From contig NW_027192200.1 of assembly GCF_041956535.1 (NCBI RefSeq), positions 213,308 to 249,943 on the forward strand: 36,636 nt of DNA, in the 5' to 3' direction. Position 1 is the stretch's first letter, and each line of letters begins with the position of its first letter. Shown one piece after another: positions 1-8,329 of this stretch. Source of the DNA: Calcarisporiella thermophila CBS 279.70. Its lineage: Eukaryota; Fungi; Calcarisporiellomycota. Under the pieces are notes generated by a model. It saw only the letters and a program-made list of their open reading frames with translations. It had not been told where the DNA came from and did not search any database. The translations under genes were made by a program, and so were the position numbers.

Positions 1-7
1 TCTCGAT

Positions 8-723
8 ACCCGATGTAACGCCTCGAGAGACACAATTCGTCATACTTTCTTCTTATGTCCTGAACTCACACCGGTATGGCAATGGGCGGAGAGGTGCATT
101 GTCACCATCACAGGCCCCCAGAATACTCCGGTGCTAACTGCTCGCAACCTTATACTAGGAGACCTCACGGAATCCTCGAGAACAGCGAGACACGTAGCCC
201 AAATTACTTTTGACTCGGTGTTGTGGCAAATCCACCGAGATCGGATCTCCTTTCATTTCGAAAGCACCCGAGCCTCACCCGAAATAATCAACAACCGGGC
301 CAAACTAGATATTGAGGAAGTGATAGGAGCCGAACTAATGCGAGCACGAAAAAACCGGCAAATCGAACAGTTTCGAAGAAGGTGGTGCAAGCTGGGTGCG
401 GTTAGAGAAGGAGCGATCGGAGCGGCACTGATACTGGGATAATGCAATAACCCCTACCTTATCCCCTTCCTATCCTCTGCTTCCATCTGTTTACTCCCCA
501 CCCCATTTTTCATGTTATCCTTTGATATCCACAGTTAGTTGAGTTTCACCACTCCCTTACCTATTTGAGCTGAAATTTGATATGACCAACATAACCTTTC
601 GATCTACGATATCACCCAAAACTTTAGCTTTGGCTTCCCTTTCACTTTATTGCTTATAATAATGTAACAATTGTATTTTAGAGTCTTCCTATACAATAAA
701 GACTCGGCATTGATCAAAAAAAA
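8..723 (+). mobile_element. 3' end of an L1/Tx1-like non-LTR retrotransposon (probably 5'-truncated): ORF2 C-terminal zinc-knuckle region, 3' UTR and poly(A)
   Basis: Frame +2 reads TRCNASRDTIRHTFFLCPELTPVW...LWQIHRDRISFHF...*(442). This matches the C-x(n)-T-x-x-H-x-F-x-x-CP-x4-VW and LW-x-I-x3-R motifs at the end of L1-clade ORF2. It is followed by a pyrimidine-rich 3' UTR, AATAAA at 695-700 and A8 at 716-723. TCTCGAT at 1-7 recurs at 734-740 just after the tail (candidate TSD, left copy cut by the window edge). Confidence 0.8.
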
Positions 724-1017
724 TATTGACCCATCTCGATTCTAAGCTCTCGACTGCGCAAAAATGAATTACTCTCGAGCCCTTCAACGTGGAATCAAAC
801 ATCATGTACGTGAAACCAATGTAATCGTTGTACTTATCGTAAGGGCGATCTTTTTAATAATCAAGACTCAGCTTCTGATCAAGTGGATAGCAGTCACAAA
901 CTAAGAGTAAGTGCTGGTGGGGGAAGTGGGATTCGAACCCACGCCGTTCTCATCGGCATCCCAGGGATAGTCCACTACACTAACCCTCCCCCCATCGGGT
1001 ATCGAGATGGGCCATTA
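724..1017. repeat. Inverted repeat (724-740 vs 1001-1017) bracketing the tRNA-like gene
   Basis: TATTGACCCATCTCGAT (724-740) vs reverse complement of 1001-1017 TAATGGCCCATCTCGAT: 15/17 identical, with a perfect 11-nt core. Confidence 0.55.
915..993 (-). ncRNA. tRNA-like RNA / atypical tRNA gene lacking a canonical anticodon arm, with encoded CCA
   Basis: Minus strand reads GGGGGGA-GGGTTAGTGTAGTGGACTATCCC-TGGGAT-GCCGATGAGAACGGC-GTGGG TTCGAAT CCCAC-TTCCCCC-A-CCA. It has a 7-bp acceptor stem (6 Watson-Crick + 1 G.U), a perfect T arm, an A-box (TAGTGTAGTGG), a B-box (GGTTCGAATCC), discriminator A and CCA. Confidence 0.7.
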
Positions 1018-1077
1018 ATGTGACTACTTTTCTAATGATGAGATGAAATAGTGGCATCTTTATCCTTATAAAGCAAA

Positions 1078-1150
1078 GCCCGGTTAGCTCAATCGGTAGA
1101 GCGTGGGACTTTTAATCCCAAGGCTGTGGGTTCGACCCCCACATCGGGCG
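1078..1150 (+). tRNA. tRNA-Lys(UUU), intronless
   Basis: GCCCGGT TA GCTC AATCGGTA GAGC G TGGGA CTTTTAA TCCCA AGGCT GTGGG TTCGACC CCCAC ATCGGGC G forms a complete 73-nt cloverleaf with anticodon TTT. Confidence 0.97.
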
Positions 1151-1153
1151 ATA

Positions 1154-1159
1154 TTTTTT
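1154..1159 (+). terminator. RNA Pol III terminator (T6) of tRNA-Lys
   Basis: T6 run three nt after the discriminator base. Confidence 0.85.
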
Positions 1160-1415
1160 CTCCTTAGCCTTCACGAAATTGGAAAAGAACACACTTCTTT
1201 GACCAATTTCACACCTTTTGATAATATGCTCTGCTCAAGATTAAAAGTTTTCATCACGATTAATAGGTTGGCTCTTGATAAGACCGGAATCTAACATGAC
1301 ACTCTCAAATTTGATAGATGTATATATAAGACCGGCTAAGTATCCATCTAGTTTCACAAGTGTATTTATCGAAAGGAGTCAAAGAATTATTAGGATTGGG
1401 ACATATTAATCAAGT

Positions 1416-1799
1416 TCATTCAATTATGGCCTCGGCTTCGATTTCGACCAAATAGTCTTCACCTATCAATTTTCGCACCTCAACCATCGTGGCCACTGGA
1501 TCCACCCCTCTGAACATATCTCCGTGGGCGCGACCAATCTCATCAGAATCCCTCGCTATATTGATAACATACATTCTGGTTCTGACCACGTGTGTTTTGG
1601 ATGCCCCCAATTGCTTCAACGCCATCTCGATAATCCGTAATGCAGAGGCGGCTTGGTCATAAGCAGAAGAGGGATCAGGACAATCGTTAAGATTGGCAAG
1701 TGTACCAGCAATATGCACGACATTGCCTACACGAACGCCACGGGAATAGCTATACTTTTTCTCCCATGGAGTGTTGGTTGAGTGTTTACTGCGCGACAT
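1416..1799 (-). CDS. RidA/YjgF/YER057c/UK114-family protein, intronless
   Basis: 127 aa: PWEKKYSYSRGVRVGNVVHIAGT...HVVRTRMYV...IGRAHGDMF...PVATMVEV..L.....LVEIEAEA, the typical Rid-fold motifs. Confidence 0.9.
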   Translation of the reverse strand: MSRSKHSTNTPWEKKYSYSRGVRVGNVVHIAGTLANLNDCPDPSSAYDQAASALRIIEMALKQLGASKTHVVRTRMYVINIARDSDEIGRAHGDMFRGVDPVATMVEVRKLIGEDYLVEIEAEAIIE

Positions 1800-1872
1800 T
1801 GTTTCGAAATAGTGTGCAAATAACAGAGATGCAACAGGTCTTATTAACTTTTTTCACTTTACTTTGGTTAGC

Positions 1873-1879
1873 TGACTCA
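1873..1879. promoter_or_regulatory. TGACTCA, putative Gcn4/CpcA (AP-1) site upstream of the RidA gene
   Basis: Exact consensus about 74 bp upstream of the RidA ATG; motif match only. Confidence 0.4.
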
Positions 1880-2387
1880 ATATTGCACATGATAATGTAA
1901 TATTTCTATAACATTTTCTGGGATTTAATTTTTGGGGGGCATTATTGTGTCCATTCTGGCTAGCTTAAATAGATAAATCGTGCTGCCTCACTCTTTGCAA
2001 TATGATAATGTGTTTAGGAAAATCTAATGCTTTTAATAAAGTGGTGTTAAATGTTTTTTTCAAGTTATAGAAAAATAATCCTGTTAATCTCTACCTGATC
2101 GTCCATGACAAAAGGTTCATTATCGACGTAATTAGAATAATTTGTCCAATACGATAAGAAAAGAACTTAGAAGTGCATAATGCTCCGTAGACTTCATCTG
2201 CCGACGTTAGGAGATATTTCAATAAGTGTTGTTGGCAATTTTAACAGAAGAAAAAAGATATATACTTTATTCAATACTACTAAAACATGAAATACTAAGA
2301 AATTGTATGTTTCGAAATTTTATCATAGCAAATAAAGGCTAACGATGATTTTTTTTTTGGAAGAATGAAAGAAAAAATTATAAGAGA

Positions 2388-3722
2388 TCAGGCTACGGAG
2401 GCCGTAACCTTCACTCCGTTCTCAACAAACACCGGAATGCCAACCCTATGCGCCTTGTAGGCACGCACTTCATTCAGAAATTCCGTGAACAAGTACTCCG
2501 TATCCTGTGGACCACCTTTGGCCTCTGGGTGGAATTGAACGGATCTCACGGGGCGGGATGTGTGTCGGATTCCCTCGTTTGATCCGTCATTTGCGTTAAC
2601 AAAGTATTTTTCCCACCCAGCAGGCATCTGGTCGTCACGGAGCGCATACCCATGGTTTTGCGAAGTGATCACACACCTTCCGGTCGTGAGGTCAATGGCA
2701 GGCTGGTTATGCCCCCTATTGCCGAAACGAAGCTTGTACACATCCAAGCCTGCAGCCATGCCCAACAGAAGGTTGCCCATACATATCCCGAAAACAGGCC
2801 GATCGTAAAACTCAAGTGTTTGGCGCAGATGTTGCACCGTATCCACACACTTGGTTGGATCACCAGGGCCATTAGAGATAAAGACACCGTCATATTCATC
2901 CGCAATCTTGGAAACATCGTAGTTCCAAGGGAGAAGGGTGACGGCAGCGCCACGCCCAACTAGGCATCGGAGAATGTTCTGTTTGATGCCACAGTCGATG
3001 ACAGCGATGCGCACGTCACCCTTTGGATTGTATTCGACGGGTTCGCGTACGGACACTTCCGCAACAAGGTTGCGCTCATTCGGGTTAGGAAAAGTCTCGA
3101 TATTCTCGTTGATTGCCTTTTCGCCTACAGAGAGATGGGCTAGTGTAGACCCTTGCTCGCGCAGCAAATGGACAATAGCTCGCGTGTCAACGCCACTGAT
3201 TGCAGGAACACCATACCTCGCACACCATTCTCCTAGAGATTCAACAGCGGTCCAGTGCGAGTAATGAGTGGCATAGTCGTTCACGATAATGCCTTGTACT
3301 TGGATCTTTTCGGACTCGAAGTATCGCAAGAGTCCGAACTCGTCACGAGTGGATCCAGGTACTCCATAGTTCCCAATCAATGGCTGGGTGAACACGAGGA
3401 TCTGGCCGCGATAAGAGGGATCAGTCATAGACTCAGGATAGCCTACAAGCGACGTTGTAAAGACCGCCTCTCCAAAAGTTGAATTAGGAGCACCGAAAGA
3501 CTCGCCGTGAAAGATTTGCCCAGTCTTGAGTTTTAAACAGGCGGGCCCAGATTGGGGCTGAACGGTAGAAGCTGAAGGAGCAGAGGGCTTTTGGCTAATG
3601 GAGATAGGGGAGTCAGTCACAGTGGCAAGGCCTCGTGTGAGAGTGCTGAGTGGTTTTATGGCGGCAGAGCGCAGTGACCCGCGGCAGGCGAAGAGAGTTC
3701 GAGAAGCAATAGGGGATAGCAT
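2388..3722 (-). CDS. CPA1: Arginine-specific carbamoyl-phosphate synthetase small (glutaminase) subunit, with mitochondrial presequence
   Basis: [44 protein letters not shown], catalytic [13 protein letters not shown] and VQFHPE motifs; Arg/Ser/Leu-rich N-terminus. Confidence 0.97.
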   Translation of the reverse strand: MLSPIASRTLFACRGSLRSAAIKPLSTLTRGLATVTDSPISISQKPSAPSASTVQPQSGPACLKLKTGQIFHGESFGAPNSTFGEAVFTTSLVGYPESMTDPSYRGQILVFTQPLIGNYGVPGSTRDEFGLLRYFESEKIQVQGIIVNDYATHYSHWTAVESLGEWCARYGVPAISGVDTRAIVHLLREQGSTLAHLSVGEKAINENIETFPNPNERNLVAEVSVREPVEYNPKGDVRIAVIDCGIKQNILRCLVGRGAAVTLLPWNYDVSKIADEYDGVFISNGPGDPTKCVDTVQHLRQTLEFYDRPVFGICMGNLLLGMAAGLDVYKLRFGNRGHNQPAIDLTTGRCVITSQNHGYALRDDQMPAGWEKYFVNANDGSNEGIRHTSRPVRSVQFHPEAKGGPQDTEYLFTEFLNEVRAYKAHRVGIPVFVENGVKVTASVA

Positions 3723-3803
3723 TTTCCAGTGTTTGTGAGATAGTTAAAAATAATTAAAAGGTGAATTGTGTTGAATTAAAGCAGTAGTTTTCGGGTTCTA
3801 TGT

Positions 3804-3952
3804 TTAGAAGTTGCTTAGGGATTTCCAGACTAGGGGGGGGGGAAATTACGATGTTAATGCTTTTGTTATAACTATGGACATAAGGGGGGGGGGGGCTTAC
3901 TTTGGTCGGCAATATAGTCAGAGGCGTTCTTCTCTTGTGTATGACGGTACAT
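3804..3952 (-). CDS. Arginine attenuator peptide (AAP) uORF, two exons: 3952-3901 and 3829-3804
   Basis: Splicing out the GTAAG...TTAAC...CTAG intron (3900-3830, 71 nt) gives MYRHTQEKNASDYIADQIWKSLSNF*. D12, Y13, D16 and W19 align with the fungal AAP core (DYLSDHLW / DYISDHIW). The stop lies 81 nt before the CPA1 ATG. Confidence 0.9.
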
Positions 3953-5733
3953 GTGGATACTAGCCGAAGAAAAGGCTCGAGTGGAGTTTCTGGTTTTCAG
4001 TAATAGCAGGAGTTCTTCTCAAGTCAAATTCAGACCAAGAGAAAGAACGGTGCGGAAGCGATAATAAATAGGAAACAGAGGGTAAAGATAAGAAGTGAAG
4101 AGAAATTCGCCTCACCAGGTGGATTTTATATTGGGGAAAATGCCCCCGAGAAAAATTTGATAAGAAATTATTGCTCATCGCCATATAGAGCCAATGGGAA
4201 TCGAGCGCCCATTTTTATTTTCATTGGGTGCTCTCCACCTGCATGAATCAACAAGATTTTGAATCTCAAGTCATATTCTGTGGCCTTATCCCACCTATCC
4301 TGGTTCCCGTCACAATCCATTGGCCACATATGTTAGAGTAACTTTTCCCAACCCACTCATTCCGTACGGATGCCTGATAATTAGGGAATGCAGGTATGCC
4401 TTCCAGAGAATATGATATAGAGAGCCACTTATCATTCCACGGTTACCCAATACTCGTTAGAATCATGCATGGATTCATGGATAGGAAAATCATTGCGAAG
4501 CACTGGTGCATCTACAGAACAGCTTCAAGTCGTACTTGCAGCATATCATAGAGTATTGTATACAACCTAGGTGAATGTGAAAGACAAAACGTAAATGGAT
4601 GGTCCAGTACATTTCATGGGCCTAATTGGTATCTCCGGCGGGCTTTATTCTCGCTTGTTCCCATCTCAGAAGTTTGCGAAAATTCCTGTATCTAAATGAC
4701 ATGGCTTCTACACCAGTCAATTCATTCGCACTCAGAATAAAAACCGTCCCAAAAGGTGCTTTCAGCCAGTTTATGTGCGAAAATTGTATTTGTCAACTGG
4801 TAACCTAGCCTCAAGTAGTAATGACGCCGTTTCCTCGATTCGCCTCGATCATGCACTTTCTCGGAAGTAGGATGAATAGCCCTGATTCGTTATTTGAATT
4901 ACTACAAAGCTAGGAGGTATTGCATGCTTCAACTAAGATAACTATTAATATGTACCTGCTTGCCTAGTAGAAGAGAGAGAGAGTGGCGCTCAAATCTTGG
5001 ATCAACCTTTTACTTATTCTTCTGCTATATTATATGACGGCTAGCGGATTAACACATCAGGGCATATAAATATATCGATGGGGAAAAAAATAGTCTTTAT
5101 GGTTAATCGCAAGGCAACTAGATCGACAAAAAAATTCAATTAGCCCTGTTATCATGTAAACTCTAACAAATATTTAATCGTTCTATCGAAAATACAGGGA
5201 TTGATTCCTCTTGAACTGACTATATTTAGTTAGTCTATTTATTTATGTATTAGATTCAATCATATTCCCTGCAGTTTGCTTGTGATTATACACTCTAGAA
5301 TAGTTGCGCTAAGCCGCATAGATTAACTAAACTCTAATATTTTCACGACAATTATGAACCTCTTAGTAAGCGAGGCTTTTGAACCTTCAGTTCATATACT
5401 TATCCAACCTCGCATTATTATTGAGAAGCAATGCGGCTGTCCCCCCCAAGCAGAGTTATAAATATATTGAAGCCTATCGATGCATACGCCAACTTCCCTG
5501 CGCTCTCCCCTCCATCTAGACTTCTCCATCCACCAATGGGCGAAGAAGTCTCCACCCCACAGCCTTCTCTTGACTAAATTAATTTAGGTTCCTCTGAAAA
5601 AGCCTCCCGATTAGAAACAAAAGTAGACTGTGGCTTCGGGAGATGGCACTTGTGGAGCGCCTCATTTGTAAAATGATGGAGAGGGATAACTTATTCTCTC
5701 TAAGCAAAATCATCTCCTGATGCTGATATTATA

Positions 5734-7514
5734 ATGTTCAATCGACATTTCCTTATATCAATAGTTATTTTTGTCCAACTCTCTTTTTCATCGGCGGCGG
5801 CTCCCGCTGCAAAAGTGTCTTTCGGGCATACCGTCATTGGAAACAAGTTGAGTGGCAAAAGTTTAGCAAAGGGTTGCAAGCTGACGTTTGTTCTATCTAA
5901 TTCTTTAGTCTCTACATCTATGGTGGCACTGTCATTCAAAATGGCCAGCCCGTTACATCAAAAGAGTACGCGGTTCTTGATCTTTCAACTTCATGGGATA
6001 CTTCCTCTCCATCTTGGGTACGAGTAGTCCAAGCGAATGGGCCCACTGCTGTCGCCGATAATCTGTTGATTCCGGCTAGTGATGGCTTCATCACTTTTGG
6101 CGGACGCCTCCAAAATGGGTCTCCAACCGACCCGAATACTGTATTCCAATTGCGCACATCTGATAATAGTTGGTCACAACCTGATTACCCCGGTCCAAGT
6201 AGAAGAGGACTATCAGCTTCCGTGACCGAAAAGAACGGGGTAAGCTGGGTCTTTGGGGGAAGAACAACTTTTGACCCGCCAGTGTGGCAGACTCTAGGCG
6301 ACATGTATCGATTTGACGGCTCAAAACTTGAGTGGAGACAAGTATATCCTGCTCACGGCAGCAGTTTGAATCCAACTGGGTTGGTTGGACATACTGGTAG
6401 GCAATCAGCCCTGCACAAAAGCGTTCTCTCTTCATTCCTGATACCCTTCAATTCTTTGTGAATATAGCTTCTCTAATTGGAAACAAGATGGTCATTCTTG
6501 GTGGACTACTAAGTTCGAGTTCAGTACTCATGAACCAACTCAGCGGCGCATGGATTTTCAACACGGAAACAAATGTATGGACAGCTCAACCCTTAGGAGG
6601 GAATGCTCCACCTCCTCGCTGGCTCCACTGTGCAGCTGTTAGTAAGTGTTCTCATCCGGAGTACAAATAGAAGGGCAGTTAAATAATTCTATTTCTCTTG
6701 TACACAGCTCTTGACGACCAAATATTCTTATTTGGAGGCGGTGATGGAGTTAACAATCTTTACGGAGATTTCTGGCTTCTAAATACAACGAGCTGGGTGT
6801 GGCGACAAATAACGCCTACCGGCGGCGTCACTCCGCCCACCGCTCGCTCCAGGCACGCTTGCGAGAGATCAGGTAGCTCAATCCTGATTTTATTCGGTAA
6901 GAATACTGAATTTTCGCTCGTGCAGGATATATCTTTTCACCTAACGACTCATGGCATTCTCCCCAGGTGCTTTGGATTCCAACGGGATCAATCTAGATAA
7001 CTCTTTGTATGTGTATGATCCACAGTCGAACCAATTCACCTCACGCTACACGCCCAATCAACTGGACACAAATTACCAGCCGTCAGGATCTAGCTCCCTT
7101 TCTATTGGGGCTATCGTTGGCATTGTTGTCGGTTGTGTTGTATTCGGTCTTGCTGTAATCTGCATTGCAGTATTCCTTATTAGACGGAAGCGTCGCCAAC
7201 AAAAGCGCGAGAGCGTCATATCTGCTATGAAGCCGCCAATTAAAAATAATAACGGGGTCTCGGCACCTGGTTACACTTCTTCAAATCCTTCTCCGCACGC
7301 AGTAAGACATGTTAGCCTCCCTGCCACTACCTCTCCTCCAATGGTTTATTATACAACTACAATGGACACAAGATTTTCTCTGCCTCCGTATTCCGTAGGT
7401 TCAAATCATCACATGGCTCCGATTGCGGCTTCCACTACAAGTTCAAGTGTGCAAGCGGCTGGGATAAAGCCTGATGAGATAGAGACAGAGGCCAAGCCCA
7501 ACGCATACGATTAG
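5734..7514 (+). CDS. Kelch/galactose-oxidase beta-propeller type I membrane protein, paralog 1 (exons 5734-5846, 5909-6396, 6468-6641, 6708-6896, 6967-7514)
   Basis: Signal peptide, repeated YIYGG/TFGG/VFGG/ILGG/LFGG...W kelch blades, TM helix GAIVGIVVGCVVFGLAVICIAVFLI followed by RRKRR, and a Ser/Pro-rich tail. GT-AG introns restore the frame at each junction. Confidence 0.85.
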
Positions 7515-8329
7515 GGTTTTGATATTTTTAAATATAAACCGATTATATGTTGGGTCTTGCTTTCTATTGCTTGTCTCTGATTTTTTGATTTATTTTTGTA
7601 TTATAATTTCCATTTTTTCTGCAGCTTATTCTTCTGTATACCATTTATTCGTCAATCCAACATAACCTTTACTTTGACTTTATTCATGATCGAATAGTGT
7701 TGTTGAATTTCGTAATAGTATTCAATTTCTTCGGCGTTGGTATATAGGGCAGAGGTGATATATGAAATTAGGAGGGGATATTATATCTTTAAGTTTGGGC
7801 TTGGCATCTTTAATGGACGACAAGATCAGATGATTACTCAAGGCTCAGCGCGTTTCAAGGTGATAGAGCGAATATAGCCTTAATATCATCGCGTGTCATT
7901 GATTAGGCAATCGAGGCAATTAGGCCCATCGGGTTCGTAATCCCTTCAGCCGTTTCTCAAAAAAATCTCATTTGATCTACCGGTGGCGGTTTTATCCAAA
8001 ACAATATTTAAACAAGTCCATTTTTAGATGAGGAGGGGGCTTAAACTTTGTCGCAGTTTTGGGAGTTTTCTCTGGGGCTGGGTGGCAAAATTGTTCGCAA
8101 AATAATATTGGCAGTTGAAATATGTGGCGGGCAGGAAAGCCATTATTTTTATGAAATAAAACGCTACTTATTATTTTCTTGTTTCATAGCGCACTTTCGA
8201 TAATTTCTATATTTTTCTCTCCGGTCACTTCTATTGTCAGACAGTGCTCAATTGATAATCTTAAAATTTCAGTTTGATTTGCTACTGATTGCCTTTTGAT
8301 TGCCTGTGCAAAAAGGTGATGTAAAAAAA

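Noticed and set aside
915-945. LTR-retrotransposon primer-binding site (TGG...)
   Set aside because: Not preceded by an LTR ...CA end, no gag follows, and the tRNA-like structure spans the full 79 nt.
915-993. tRNA-Sec or tmRNA interpretation of the tRNA-like element
   Set aside because: No UCA anticodon and a 7/5 rather than 9/4 fold; no G3.U70 pair and no tag reading frame.
1103-1294. 63-aa ORF
   Set aside because: Overlaps tRNA-Lys and has a non-ATG start; spurious.
3960-5700. Short ORFs or a pseudogene in the CPA1-kelch intergenic region
   Set aside because: The frames I translated (about 4260-4860) and the listed short ORFs gave no recognisable motif or consistent splice pattern.
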